A DNA stretch of 64,000 nt from Nannocystis pusilla (GTDB lineage: Bacteria > Myxococcota_A > Polyangia > Nannocystales > Nannocystaceae). Where the stretch lies: NCBI RefSeq assembly GCF_020073745.1, contig NZ_JAIRAU010000047.1, positions 29,990 through 93,989 of the forward strand. The letters run 5' to 3'. Under the pieces are notes generated by a model. It worked only from the letters and a program-made list of their open reading frames with translations, ran no database searches and was not told where the DNA came from. Each line of letters opens with the position of its first letter. Position 1 is the stretch's first letter. Position numbers and translations under genes: made by a program. Shown in pieces: positions 1 through 10,815 of this stretch.

Positions 1-90
1 CGCGCCCGGGGGCATGTCCTCATCCCGCGTTGCGAGCCCGCGGAGAGGCCCGTACGCGGCCTGGCACAGGGGTTGCTAATAAGCACGGGC

Positions 91-1071
91 ATGTCCCGCC
101 TGCTCGCCCTATCCACGCTATCCCTCGCCCTCTCCGCCTGCGACCCCCAGATCCTCCCCGGCGACCACGGATCGCAGAGGGATGACTTCGGCCGCGAGGG
201 CGAAGCGTGCGCCGCGGACCGGCCGTCGGCGGCCTGTCAGGTCGAGAGCGTCGCGGGCGTCGAATACTGCGTGTATTCGCCCGTGCAGGTCACCTACGTC
301 TGGTCCGCCTGCCTCACCGAGACCTGCGAGGAGGAGGGCGAGACGCGCCCGTGCGAGGAGGGCCTCCAGCACTGCGTGGGCTACGAGGCCGAGCGCAACC
401 GCGTCGAGCTGCGCTGGGGCGCCTGCGTCGAGGAGGACGAGTGCACGCCGGGCGAGTCCAGGTCGTGCGGCCTCGACGAGGGCATCGACATGGGCTGCGT
501 CGCCGACGAGAACGGCCGCGGCGTGTGGGACATCGAGGACTGCAACACCCCGCTGGTCCTCAGCTTCGGCGAGCCGATCGAGTTCGCGCCGGCCTCCGTG
601 GCCGCGGCCGACTTCGACATCCGCGGCGGCGCCGGCAGCTGCGCCCGCGCCGACTGGCCGAGCGCCGCCACGCCGTGGCTCGCCCTCGACCGCGACGGCA
701 ACGGCAGCATCGACGGCGGGCGGGAGCTGTTCGGCAGCGCCACCCGCATGTCCTCGGGGACAGGTCCTCACAACGGCTTCGACGCCCTCGCCGAGCTCGA
801 CAGCGACCGCGACGGCAAGCTCACCGCCGCCGACGCGCGCTGGGGCGAGCTCGTGCTGTGGGCCGACCACGACGGCGACCGGCGCTCGACCGGCTGGGAG
901 ACGCTGCCGCTGGCCAGCTTCGAGATCGTCGAGATCGACCTCGGCTACACCACCCGCCGCGAGTGCGACGCCCGCGGCAACTGCGGCCTCGAGCGCGCCC
1001 GCTTCGTCTACCGCAGCATGGGCCAGGAGCGCTCCGGCGAGGTCGTCGACGTCCGCGTCCAGTGCGAGTGA
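91..1071 (+). CDS. secreted Cys-rich lipoprotein with EF-hand-like calcium-binding loops
   Basis: N-terminus MSRLLALSTLSLALSAC gives a signal peptide plus lipobox. Many Cys. Two DxDxDG-type loops (DRDGNGSIDGG, DSDRDGKLTAAD). The ATG lies inside a GGCATGTCC unit. GC3 is high. Confidence 0.55.
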   Translation: MSRLLALSTLSLALSACDPQILPGDHGSQRDDFGREGEACAADRPSAACQVESVAGVEYCVYSPVQVTYVWSACLTETCEEEGETRPCEEGLQHCVGYEAERNRVELRWGACVEEDECTPGESRSCGLDEGIDMGCVADENGRGVWDIEDCNTPLVLSFGEPIEFAPASVAAADFDIRGGAGSCARADWPSAATPWLALDRDGNGSIDGGRELFGSATRMSSGTGPHNGFDALAELDSDRDGKLTAADARWGELVLWADHDGDRRSTGWETLPLASFEIVEIDLGYTTRRECDARGNCGLERARFVYRSMGQERSGEVVDVRVQCE

Positions 1072-1120
1072 GCCGGCCCGCTGCCCCCGACCCAGGCATC
1101 CGCGCAGGTCGCCCTGCCCG

Positions 1121-1165
1121 GATGCTTGTCCTTTCGGGCGTGCAACATGCCTCTTCGGACATATC
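1121..1165. repeat. array of degenerate RCATGYCC palindromic units (3 units) downstream of the 91..1071 gene
   Basis: Read directly: gcttgtcc-tttcggg-cgtgcaacatgcc-tcttc-ggacatatc. Confidence 0.5.
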
Positions 1166-1358
1166 ATCGTCTTCGCCGGGAGCGCCCGACCGCCGCTCGC
1201 AGACGAGCCCCGTGCGCCTCGCCTCACGCCAACGAACTCCCCCTGGTCGCCCGCCGAGAAAAATTCGCGGTCGCGCAATTTTCCCGGGCACCGCGGCGAC
1301 TTCACGCTCGAACGGCCCACGGCGACCCACCGGCCGCGCCGTTCGAGAGAGATCCGCC

Positions 1359-1856
1359 ATGCCTTCGCTTCGCCCTGCCCTCGCCCGTCCGACCGTCAAG
1401 CTGCGGCTGCTCGCCGCCCTCGGCGGCCTCACCGTCGTCGCCCGCGTCGCCGCCCTCGGCCCGTTCGCGGCCGCGCCGCTCGTCGCCGCCCCGCTGCTCG
1501 CCACCGGCTGCGGCGGGTGCCCGTGGACCAGCAGCTCCGACGCCACCCTCGCGCCCGCCACCGAGTGCCTCGAGATCGAGGTCTCCGACGGGGACCGCCA
1601 CCTCGAGACCGGCGAGGGCGGCTGCGTCGATCCGATCCTCTTCGGCACCAACACCTGCGCCGAGCCCGTGACCTTCGTGGGCGCGAGCTTCGGCGCCGAG
1701 GCCGACATCGTCGTCGCGCCCGGCGAGGCGTTCGAGTTCGCGGTCGGCCTCGGCGAGGGCGAGCACGAGGGTGAGGCCTACAGCTTCGAACTCGACGCCC
1801 TGCGCGGCGACGAGCCCTTCACGGTGTCGTTCCGCACCTTCGAGCCCTGGTCCTGA
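1359..1856 (+). CDS. hypothetical secreted protein
   Basis: ATG at 1359 in the frame of ORF 207..1856. Hydrophobic N-terminal region with a CGGC motif. High GC3. No recognisable domain. Confidence 0.45.
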   Translation: MPSLRPALARPTVKLRLLAALGGLTVVARVAALGPFAAAPLVAAPLLATGCGGCPWTSSSDATLAPATECLEIEVSDGDRHLETGEGGCVDPILFGTNTCAEPVTFVGASFGAEADIVVAPGEAFEFAVGLGEGEHEGEAYSFELDALRGDEPFTVSFRTFEPWS

Positions 1857-1923
1857 GTTCCCCTGCACCCCCGGAGCCACCGCCCCGGCGTCGCCGCTCG
1901 AGGGGGGGGGCAGCGAGCCCTCA

Positions 1924-1947
1924 GGACATGTCCATTAAAACATGCCC
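1924..1947. repeat. GGACATGTCC palindromic unit plus AACATGCCC unit between convergent genes
   Basis: Exact GGACATGTCC at 1924-1933 and aacatgccc at 1939-1947, separated by the AT-rich spacer attaaa. Confidence 0.65.
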
Positions 1948-1970
1948 TGAAAGGCTAGCGACGCGCGGCC

Positions 1971-3437
1971 TCACGGCAGCTCGAAGCACCACAGCGTCGA
2001 GCGGTCGATCGTGTTCTTGTAGGCGATGTGCCCGGCCGTCTGCGGCGCGACGCACTGCGAGGGCGCCGACACGAACGGCCGGCAGCTCGACGGCATCGGG
2101 CCGTTGCCGTCGTCGTCCCAGCAGGTCCCCGGCCGCCCGGCGCCGCCGCAGTAGAGGGCGTCCGGGTTGTCGGCGCACGGCTCGCCGACGGGCGCGGGGT
2201 CGATGCCGCTGTTCAGCAGCACCGCCTCGTCGAGGCACAGGTTGTAGCCGCCGCCGCAGTGGGTCCCCTCGGCGCAGCCGGGCGCGTCGGACAGCACGTC
2301 GCAGACCTTCATGCACGTGGGGCCGTCGCCGGGGTTGAGGCAGCGCAGGCCGAGCTCGCAGTCGGAGTCCCACAGCTCGGGGTCGGGGCGGACGCAGGCC
2401 TCGCCCTCGAGCTTCGTCCCGCCGGTGACGCACTCGCCGTCGGAGCCGATCGCGTTGGTCGGCATGCAGAACTGCCCGTCGGGGCAGGCGTCGGCCGCGT
2501 ACGGCGCGCAGCCGTTCGCGCGCCGCACGTCGTACTCGGCCTCCTCGATCCAGTAGCAGGCGCCGCCCTCGACCGGCTCGAGCGCCTCGGTGTCGGGGTT
2601 CGGCGCCATCTCGCGCAGCTCGACGTGGCGCACGACGCCGCGGGTCTGGTGCGGCGTCACCAGCTCGAAGATCTCGAGCTCGCCCGCGACGGCCGTGAGC
2701 ACCTTGGCGTAGGCCTGGTCGACCAGGTCCTCCTGCAGGGTCACCGCCGCATTGCTGGTGGTGACGAAGTTCGTCACGTAGTCGGGGAACGCGTGGTTGG
2801 GATCGGGGTCGAGCGCGTGGACGCCGACGGTGATGTCGCCGGCGAAGAGGATCTGCAGCAGGTCGTACAGCGCCCCGTCGCCGGTCAGGCTCGGGTGCGA
2901 CTCCGGCGTGCGCACCAGCGGCACCATCCACGCGCTGTCGAACTGGTGCTGCTGCTGGCTGAGCAGCTCGATGTCCGCGAGCGACAGGTCGACGCAGTCG
3001 TCGGGCTTCACCGGCCCGCCGGTCTCGGTGTCGCCGGTGCTGGTGGACTCGGTGTCGCCGCCGGTGCTCGTCGAGGTGCTCGTGTCGCCCTCGGTCGTCG
3101 TGTCGCCGGTCGTCGTGTCCGGGCCGGTGTCGGTCCCCGTCGTCGTCGTCGTGCTCGTGATCGCGTCGGTGTCGGTCGCCGTCGTCGTCGTCGTCGTCGT
3201 CGGGTTCGTGGGGTCGGTGACCGTGCCGTCGTCGGTGGTCGGGGCGACGGTGGTGGTCGGGGCGGTGGCGCTGGTGGTCCCCGTCGGTCCGGTCGTGCCG
3301 GTCGGCTCGCTCGTGTCGGTGCCGGTGTCCGTGTCCGTGTCGGTCTCGCTCGCGGTGGAATCACTGCCGTCGTCGCCGCAGGCGACCAGGGACGCCGCGC
3401 TGAATGCGAACAGAGCGCCGGCCGAAAGACGCGGCAT
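1971..3437 (-). CDS. lipoprotein with Thr/Asp/Gly-rich linker and Cys-rich C-terminal domain
   Basis: MPRLSAGALFAFSAASLVAC signal peptide plus lipobox, with the ATG complement at 3435-3437. Long TDT/TTT low-complexity linker typical of myxobacterial lipoproteins. C-terminal half has more than 25 Cys. Confidence 0.6.
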   Translation of the reverse strand: MPRLSAGALFAFSAASLVACGDDGSDSTASETDTDTDTGTDTSEPTGTTGPTGTTSATAPTTTVAPTTDDGTVTDPTNPTTTTTTTATDTDAITSTTTTTGTDTGPDTTTGDTTTEGDTSTSTSTGGDTESTSTGDTETGGPVKPDDCVDLSLADIELLSQQQHQFDSAWMVPLVRTPESHPSLTGDGALYDLLQILFAGDITVGVHALDPDPNHAFPDYVTNFVTTSNAAVTLQEDLVDQAYAKVLTAVAGELEIFELVTPHQTRGVVRHVELREMAPNPDTEALEPVEGGACYWIEEAEYDVRRANGCAPYAADACPDGQFCMPTNAIGSDGECVTGGTKLEGEACVRPDPELWDSDCELGLRCLNPGDGPTCMKVCDVLSDAPGCAEGTHCGGGYNLCLDEAVLLNSGIDPAPVGEPCADNPDALYCGGAGRPGTCWDDDGNGPMPSSCRPFVSAPSQCVAPQTAGHIAYKNTIDRSTLWCFELP

Positions 3438-3710
3438 CAGGTATGTCGAAAAATTGGCAATCATGCGGCGGGGATATAGCGAATCTCCGCCGCGCGCGAG
3501 AGGTGAATGCGTAGACGCGAAAGGGCCCGTGCATGATGCGTGCGACAGGGATCGCATGAACCCCCGCCGCGCGCGCGAGCGCCGGCGAGCCGCTCGCGTC
3601 GCACGGTCGCGCGCTCATCGGCGGCGACAAGCATGAGCCCGCCGGTCCGTCGGCCATCTGGGGCCCGAGGGCCGCGCCTGATGCCACCCCCGTTCCGGCC
3701 CGCGCGAGGC

Positions 3711-4184
3711 CTACGCGGTGGCCCTGTCCCAGTTGCCGAACGGCAGCGGCTTGCCGAGCTCGAGGAAGCTCTTGAGGTTGGACAGGATGCCGGGCCACCC
3801 GCGCGACACGCCCTGCAGCACCTTGCTGCCCGCCGGGAACTGGTCGTGCGTCAGCGTCAGACGGACCATCGCCCCGAGCGGCTTGAGCTCGAACGTCACC
3901 CGCGAGGCCGGCTCGGTCGCCTCGCCGTGGTCGACGCCGAAGGTGTACGAGAGCAGCGTCGGCGCCTCGCAGCGCAGCACCTCGCCGGTGATGTCGGTCT
4001 TGCGGCCCTCGTCGTAGCGGTACACGATCGGCGCGCCCGGCTGCCACGTCGATTCGACCCGGCGCCCGCCCCAGTACTTCTCGGTGAAATCGCCCTGCGT
4101 CAGCGCCTCCCACAGCTTCTCCGCCGTGGTGGCGATGTAGAGCACATACACAAAGCTCGGCTTATCCGTCGTCGTCGTCGTCAT
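3711..4184 (-). CDS. SRPBCC superfamily protein (Activator of Hsp90 ATPase homolog 1-like, AHSA1 domain)
   Basis: 157 aa with the conserved architecture of AHSA1/START-like proteins. Overlaps the 3' end of an ArsR-family gene by 23 nt, the usual arsR-ahsa1 pairing. Confidence 0.75.
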   Translation of the reverse strand: MTTTTTDKPSFVYVLYIATTAEKLWEALTQGDFTEKYWGGRRVESTWQPGAPIVYRYDEGRKTDITGEVLRCEAPTLLSYTFGVDHGEATEPASRVTFELKPLGAMVRLTLTHDQFPAGSKVLQGVSRGWPGILSNLKSFLELGKPLPFGNWDRATA

Positions 4185-4518
4185 GATCGTGGTTCTCCTC
4201 GAGGCTCGTCTTGAGGGCGTGCAGGGCCGCCAGGTGGTGGTGCTGGTACTTGCCGATCCAGCGGGCGTAGATGTCGTGGATCGGCACCGGGTTGAGGTAA
4301 TGCAGCTTCTCCCGCCCGCTGCGGACCACGACCACCAGGCCGGCCGCCTCGAGCACCGCGAGGTGCTTGGCGACCGCCTGGCGCGTCATGTCGAGGTGCT
4401 CGCACAGCGCGTGCAACGTCTGGCCGTTGTCGCAGAACAGCCGGTCGAGCAATTGCCGGCGCGTCGCGTCGGCCAGCGCCTTGAACACCTCGTCCATGCG
4501 GGTGGTCCTATCATGCAA
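4162..4518 (-). CDS. ArsR/SmtB family transcriptional regulator
   Basis: Winged-HTH ArsR signature (ALADATRRQLLDRLFCDNGQTLHALCEHLDMTRQAVAKHLAVLEAAGLV). His/Asp-rich C-terminal tail. Confidence 0.85.
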   Translation of the reverse strand: MHDRTTRMDEVFKALADATRRQLLDRLFCDNGQTLHALCEHLDMTRQAVAKHLAVLEAAGLVVVVRSGREKLHYLNPVPIHDIYARWIGKYQHHHLAALHALKTSLEENHDHDDDDDG

Positions 4519-4530
4519 CCTTTTGGTTGC
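4515..4530. promoter_or_regulatory. candidate ArsR operator: perfect inverted repeat GCAACC-TTTT-GGTTGC just upstream of the arsR start
   Basis: Read directly at 4515-4530. Sits in a locally AT-richer stretch (atcatgcaaccttttggttgcttgtcaagtg) consistent with promoter/operator overlap. Confidence 0.45.
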
Positions 4531-4625
4531 TTGTCAAGTGTCGATCGTTGCGGCACACGGCGCAAGACACGCAACGACCCGGGGCTGCTCCGAGCGCACC
4601 TCCTTCGGATTCGCAGCCGCCCTGT

Positions 4626-4997
4626 TCACTCGCAAGGGGCACAAAGACAACGCGCGCCGTCCTCCGCGATCAAGCAGCCCAGCGAGCACCCGCGCGGGTC
4701 GATCGCCTTGCAGTCCGAGTCACAGGTCCGGCGAGCCCACTGCGCCGATTCGCACACGAGCAACGCCTCACCGTCGAGTTCGCAGCGCCGTTCTCCCTGC
4801 GGCTCGCACGGATCTCCGACCCCCGGCTCGTCGCGCATGGGCGGCTCTCCCGAGGTTTCGGTCGCCTCGTCGGAGGTTCCCGCGGTGCATGCCGCGCAGA
4901 GCGCGAGCACGAGACCGCGGACGCTAGGGGTCGTCACAAACACAGGCCGCTCCGCCCGCAAGAAGGGGATCGCACGTGCCCCCGGCACAGGAGTCAT
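4626..4997 (-). CDS. small Cys-rich secreted lipoprotein (start uncertain)
   Basis: Frame of ORF 4626..5303. Hydrophobic segment RGLVLALCAAC (lipobox) followed by a Cys-rich module (CEPQGERRCELDGEALLVCESAQWARRTCDSDCKAIDPRGCSLGCLIAEDGARCLCAPCE). Start could be ATG 4997 or a GTG near 4922. Confidence 0.4.
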   Translation of the reverse strand: MTPVPGARAIPFLRAERPVFVTTPSVRGLVLALCAACTAGTSDEATETSGEPPMRDEPGVGDPCEPQGERRCELDGEALLVCESAQWARRTCDSDCKAIDPRGCSLGCLIAEDGARCLCAPCE

Positions 4998-5616
4998 CGC
5001 AGGGCTCGAGCACCCACGCACCATCCACGCAGGACACAAGTTCGTCGCCCTCGCAGTGCGCTCGCGTGTCCAATGCACAGGGCGTGCCTTCGAGCGTGCA
5101 ACGGCAGCCGCCACCGTGCAGGAACTCATCGCATCCGAGCGATCGCCGGGCCGGTTCGAGCGCGGCGCATACGTCGTCGCAGCCCAGTACAGCGTACTGG
5201 AGGGTGTCTTGCTGGCAAACGCGGACCTCCTGCTCTGACGCGCATGCCAGCGCGCCCGGCGAACATTCGGGGGCGAACGACTCACACCAGCAGAGCGCTC
5301 CATCGCTCGCTACCTCGCCTGCGAGACACCCCACAGCTCCTCCGCGGTCAGCGCACACCTCGTCGCAGTCGACCAGCGCCCAGACGCGCTCGCTACACTC
5401 CCACAGCGAATGTGCGTCCGCGCACTCCGACACGGCGTATCCACACCCGTCACCCTCGTGTCGCCCGTAATCACCGAGGGGAGCCGGCCCAGGATCTCGG
5501 CACGCGACGAAGGCGAGCCCGAACGCGATGGCCTGCCGACACGCCGCCAGCGCCGAACTCCCCCCGCCACGGTCGAACAGCGGCGTCGGGTCGAACCATT
5601 TCACAGCGGCTCGCAC
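4924..5616 (-). CDS. Cys-rich secreted lipoprotein
   Basis: LAFGLAFVAC lipobox followed by about 30 Cys in repeated CxxC/CD contexts. Confidence 0.5.
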   Translation of the reverse strand: MRAAVKWFDPTPLFDRGGGSSALAACRQAIAFGLAFVACRDPGPAPLGDYGRHEGDGCGYAVSECADAHSLWECSERVWALVDCDEVCADRGGAVGCLAGEVASDGALCWCESFAPECSPGALACASEQEVRVCQQDTLQYAVLGCDDVCAALEPARRSLGCDEFLHGGGCRCTLEGTPCALDTRAHCEGDELVSCVDGAWVLEPCDDSCAGGTCDPLLAGGAACVCDDP

Positions 5617-6839
5617 TCCGACTCTGCGACGGAAGCCGTGAAGACGTAGGTGTCCGTCTCGAATACAACGTCGTCAACCACGATCAGGTCGGGATCTCGC
5701 CTTCCGAAGGCCGTGATGGAGTTACCCGCCGTCACTTCGAAGGGAACCGAGCCGGTGACGTCGACCATGTTCCCGGTGACACGCACCCAGATCGAGCCGG
5801 GAGGGAACTCGACACTGGAGCCGTCGGACATACCTGCCGCCGGGGTGATGAGGTTGATCTCGATGTCCTCGAGGTCCGAGCTTCCGTACACCACGTCCTC
5901 GACCTGGAGGCTCAACGTGTCGATCATGAATACGCAGAGCGGATCGAAGCAGGCGTAGTCGGTTGTTGTGATCGTACCCGAAGCCTGCGGCGCCACGAAC
6001 GCGGCTCCGTCGGTGATCTCGATCTCGCTGTCCTCGACAACGCAAGATTGACGCTCCTTCGTCGGAGGCTGGTTCTTCGCCTCCGTGCAGTTGTCCGTGT
6101 TCGTCTCGAAGTCGATCTCGGCGGACGTACACTTGAGATCGAGGACTGCGTCGGCGAAGCACCCCCCTTTCAACACGCCGAGATCCTGTACACAACCCGC
6201 GCTGCCGAGGTTGAGAGTCACCCCCGAACCGGAATCCGCGACGATTTGCACACACAAGTCGAAGTTCTCCAGCAACTTATCCCGCCAGTACTTTACAGAC
6301 TGGGCGATGTTATCTTCACAAACATTAATTTCGATCTGCGAGGGAGGCGGGGTTCCTTCCGAACACTTGTCGTCGGGAGGATCCAGGATCAATGCCTCAA
6401 ATCGCGCCAGTGCATCGCTACAAGCGGCATGTGCACAGTCGACGAGACAGGCTGCATCGCCTTTCTCTTCTCCTTCCGGATCCGCCTCGATCCCCACCTC
6501 GCAGCACGTTTCGACCCGAGGGCCCTCAGTCGGGTCGTCGGAGTTGAAAGGAATGATGCCATCCGCCCCTTCGGTTTCTTCACTGTCAATCAAGATCACT
6601 TGATTTGACTCGACACTGGGCTCGCAGTCGATCTCGTCTTCGTCGTTGAAGTCACAGACAACGAAGCGCAATTCGCCCTGCACCGCCCCTGCGCAGCCGT
6701 ATCGCTGGCCTGGACCGTCCGTCCCTTCGAACACTTGCTGGGCACAGAGCCCACCGGGAGGGGGCAAATCGGCGATTATCGTCGTCTCACCGACCGTCGC
6801 CCCCGTGGCGACCTCGTCGTCTCCACATCCCCCCAACAT
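5601..6839 (-). CDS. acidic Cys-rich hypothetical protein (no signal peptide found)
   Basis: 412-aa ORF with clearly lower GC than the flanks and an in-frame TGA immediately upstream of the ATG. Asp/Glu- and Cys-rich. Composition suggests a foreign origin. Confidence 0.45.
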   Translation of the reverse strand: MLGGCGDDEVATGATVGETTIIADLPPPGGLCAQQVFEGTDGPGQRYGCAGAVQGELRFVVCDFNDEDEIDCEPSVESNQVILIDSEETEGADGIIPFNSDDPTEGPRVETCCEVGIEADPEGEEKGDAACLVDCAHAACSDALARFEALILDPPDDKCSEGTPPPSQIEINVCEDNIAQSVKYWRDKLLENFDLCVQIVADSGSGVTLNLGSAGCVQDLGVLKGGCFADAVLDLKCTSAEIDFETNTDNCTEAKNQPPTKERQSCVVEDSEIEITDGAAFVAPQASGTITTTDYACFDPLCVFMIDTLSLQVEDVVYGSSDLEDIEINLITPAAGMSDGSSVEFPPGSIWVRVTGNMVDVTGSVPFEVTAGNSITAFGRRDPDLIVVDDVVFETDTYVFTASVAESECEPL

Positions 6840-7114
6840 CGTTCAAGTAAAAAACACGCCGGCACACATCATTGCTCTTACAACATTCCAACGCCCAGTC
6901 GCCATGCTGACCTCCAACAGGAAGATATTCGCAGAGGAGGCTTCGCCCTGCAAGCCCTTTCAGAGAACTCCCGTGTGAGCTTACAGCAGACAGCATAAAC
7001 GACGTTATCCCGCCGGGGAAAATCTGTCACAGCGAGTCGAAGCGCAACTTTGTTGCCCACACCTCGCAGAACCCTCTGGCCAATTACCGCCAGCGAATGC
7101 AAAATCCCGCCGAC

Positions 7115-8233
7115 ATGTCATTCCCCGCGTCGAAAGAATCGGTCCGCACGCCGAAGTGGCCGCGAGTGTGCGGTGGCATCGTCGCACTCGGCTTCGCCTG
7201 CGAGAACGACACACCCGTGCCCGAGAGTGAGCCCGTCGACTCCCCGGACGCCGAGATCGTCTACAGCAGCGAACACATCGACATTGCTCCGCTCGGCTCG
7301 GAAGCGCTGTGCGCCGGCACTCTCGCCATGCTCGACGATCACGTGGAGTACGTCCTCGACATGCTCGAGTTGGGGCTGGAAGAACGCATCACCATCTATC
7401 TCTTCCTGAAGGGGGCCGATGTCCCCATTCGCAAGTGGTGCCGGCAGGATGTCTCGGGATGCGCGCGGGGGACCACGATCTATTCGGTCCTGTCTCTGCT
7501 TCCCCACGAAATCGTGCACGCGATCACCTCAAGCGAGGGGCGCTCCTGGTGGGAGGAAGGTGCAGCCCGCGGGCTCGGCGACCCCTCGACCTTCCCCGAT
7601 CTCCTCACCGGCTGGCAGGCGAACCTGGGCGGCGCCGGGCACCTCTCGCGCTGGCTCATCGAGCGCTTCGGCGGCCGGACCTACATGAATCTCTACGCGC
7701 GCACACCGTACGGGGCCTCGCAGGCGAAGGTCGAAGCGGTCGCCCGGACCGTCCTGGGCCGCGAGTTCGACGACGTGCTCGATGAGTATGCGGCCACCGC
7801 TCCCTTCGTCTACCCCCATCACTGGGAGTGCTACGTGTCGTCCGAGGCGGTCGCCGTGCCGTGGGAGGACGAGTACTGGGAGGTTGAGGTCGACCTCGAC
7901 TGCGATCGGACCGACACGTTCAGCAGCCATGTGGCCATTTACGGCATGCAGATGACCGCTCGCGTGCCCGTGACGCTCCCCGCGAACGGGTCTTATTTTT
8001 TCGTCGCCGATCACCCCGACGCCAACCTTGCCATCCAGCCGTGCGCGAGCGAGCCGCGGACGAAGGTGACCCCGGGCGCCTATTCGTGGCCTCTCGAATT
8101 GCTCGGCGCGGCCGGGGCATCACAGCTCGAGGCCGGGCCTCATGTGCTGCTCGTGCATCTCCCGCCCGGGCCGCCGGCTCACGTCCGTATCATCGCCTAC
8201 CCCGAGATCGGCGAGCAGGGCGCACCGCACTGA
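7115..8233 (+). CDS. putative zinc-metalloprotease lipoprotein (HExxH)
   Basis: MSFPASKESVRTPKWPRVCGGIVALGFAC signal plus lipobox. HEIVH (HExxH) motif at LLPHEIVHAITS. The ATG sits in GACATGTCA, a motif-like context. Confidence 0.5.
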   Translation: MSFPASKESVRTPKWPRVCGGIVALGFACENDTPVPESEPVDSPDAEIVYSSEHIDIAPLGSEALCAGTLAMLDDHVEYVLDMLELGLEERITIYLFLKGADVPIRKWCRQDVSGCARGTTIYSVLSLLPHEIVHAITSSEGRSWWEEGAARGLGDPSTFPDLLTGWQANLGGAGHLSRWLIERFGGRTYMNLYARTPYGASQAKVEAVARTVLGREFDDVLDEYAATAPFVYPHHWECYVSSEAVAVPWEDEYWEVEVDLDCDRTDTFSSHVAIYGMQMTARVPVTLPANGSYFFVADHPDANLAIQPCASEPRTKVTPGAYSWPLELLGAAGASQLEAGPHVLLVHLPPGPPAHVRIIAYPEIGEQGAPH

Positions 8234-8266
8234 TGCTCGCCGACAGCGTCTCGACCCCGTCGTCGA

Positions 8267-8304
8267 GAACATGCCGGATCGGACATGTCCTCTTCAACAT
8301 GGCC
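8267..8304. repeat. RCATGYCC unit array (gaacatgcc / GGACATGTCC / aacatggcc) between convergent genes
   Basis: Exact GGACATGTCC at 8281-8290, flanked by degenerate units with 5-nt spacers. Confidence 0.65.
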
Positions 8305-8361
8305 TCGCGGCCACTCACGTCGGTGGGCCGCGTCGCCGGCCCGCCTCGCCCCACAACAGAC

Positions 8362-9510
8362 TCAGCGCGGCGCTTCGCTGCGGCGGTGGCCGCCGAGCTT
8401 GAGCTTGATGCCCGCCTGCCCCGGGTCCTGCGCCGGCTCGCTCGCCGGCTCGCTGCTCGGGCCGGCCTCGGCCGGCTCGCTCGCGCCTTCCGGCTCCGGC
8501 GTCGTCGTCTCCGGCGTCTCCTCCGGCCTGGCGATCCCGAGCCCGCGATCGATCTCCGCCAGGCGGTCTTCACGGGCCGCCTTCTCTTCCATCAGGATCA
8601 GGTTGATCCAGCGCTCGTCGGCGAACGAGACCGTGCCGTCGGTCGCCACCGTGTACTCGACTCTGGGCGACACCGGGCGGACGAACGAGTTGGGCGCGCG
8701 CGGCATCTGGATGTCGCGCAGCACCACCGACAGGCACTCCTGGACCTTCTGCGGCAGCGAATTGGGCTCGACGCGGCTGACGAGCGTGTTGCCCTCGCGG
8801 TCGACCAGGTTGAGGCCCTCGACCGGGTACGTCCCGGCGCCGACGCGGCGCTCGAGGCAGCCCTTGCCGCGGATGGCGGCGACCGCCTGTTGCCGGCGCA
8901 GCTCGGCCTTGGCCTGCGGCGACCTGTCCTCCGCGCCATCTCCGAGGCTGACCCAGTAGATCACGTCGAGGTACTGCACCACCCCGCTGCGGTTCTTGAT
9001 CCACTTGCGGCTCTGGATCGCCTCCATGATGCAGGGCTCGATCTCCGGGTCCTTGAAGCCGGTGTCGAGCACCTCGGTGCGCAGCACCTCGCCGTCGGGC
9101 GACAGGCGCGTGCGGATCTTGACCTGGCCCTCGGGCACGTCGACGTACGCGTCCTCGCCGTCGCGCTTGCCCCGCTTCATCGTCTCGATGGCGCGGTTGA
9201 CGAAGCACGCCGCGGCGGGCGGTCGCAGGGCCTGGGCGATCTCGTTCAGGCGCTGCAGGTCGAACAGGTTCTCGGCCCGCTTCGACGGCAGGATGATCAC
9301 GCCCTCGTTGCTGCTGCGGACCGCCTTTTGGATGTAGCGCGTGCCCTGGCCGAACGAGTTGTGGCCGGTCGGGGGCGAGGTCTTGCGCGCCGCGCAGCCC
9401 GCTGCGAGGAGGACGACGCACGACGCCAGCGCGGGCGCAAGCGCAATTCGCGCACAACCCCTCGCGGAGGCGCCGCGAGGCTTGCTTCCGGGTTCACTCA
9501 CGGAGCGCAT
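8362..9510 (-). CDS. lipoprotein, function unknown, with acidic Pro/Glu-rich C-terminal tail
   Basis: [40 protein letters not shown] signal plus lipobox. No recognisable catalytic motif. Confidence 0.55.
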   Translation of the reverse strand: MRSVSEPGSKPRGASARGCARIALAPALASCVVLLAAGCAARKTSPPTGHNSFGQGTRYIQKAVRSSNEGVIILPSKRAENLFDLQRLNEIAQALRPPAAACFVNRAIETMKRGKRDGEDAYVDVPEGQVKIRTRLSPDGEVLRTEVLDTGFKDPEIEPCIMEAIQSRKWIKNRSGVVQYLDVIYWVSLGDGAEDRSPQAKAELRRQQAVAAIRGKGCLERRVGAGTYPVEGLNLVDREGNTLVSRVEPNSLPQKVQECLSVVLRDIQMPRAPNSFVRPVSPRVEYTVATDGTVSFADERWINLILMEEKAAREDRLAEIDRGLGIARPEETPETTTPEPEGASEPAEAGPSSEPASEPAQDPGQAGIKLKLGGHRRSEAPR

Positions 9511-9580
9511 CGACCCGGGGTGTAGCACGCCGCGGCCCTTCCCGCGGGGGCCGAAGTTGGCTATGGGAACGGGGCACATC

Positions 9581-10702
<1,122 letters not shown>

Positions 10703-10749
10703 GCGCCCGCCGCCGCCCGCGTGCACCTGACCGATCGGGCCTGCTCCAA

Positions 10750-10790
10750 GAACCCTGTCCGCAAGTACCTGTCCGCCAGGACCTGTCCCC
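10750..10790. repeat. three CCTGTCC half-motif units with 13-nt period upstream of gcvH
   Basis: aaccctgtccgc / aagtacctgtccgc / caggacctgtcccc read directly. The gcvH start (ATGTCCGACATC) is also motif-like. Confidence 0.5.
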
Positions 10791-10815
10791 GACCATCCGC
10801 CCCGAAGCCTCCATC

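Noticed and set aside
1126-1671. Short ORFs beginning MS(F/L)..CP.. (1126, 1928, 14795, 14823, 27699, 28730, 40148-adjacent etc.)
   Set aside because: They start inside GACATGTCC units (ATG-TCC = Met-Ser) and run through low-complexity wrong-frame sequence. They are artefacts of the palindromic repeats, not genes.
1924-1933. Resemblance of GGACATGTCC/RRRCATGYYY to the eukaryotic p53 response-element half-site
   Set aside because: This is a bacterial chromosome and the similarity is a coincidence of a short palindrome. Not biologically meaningful here.
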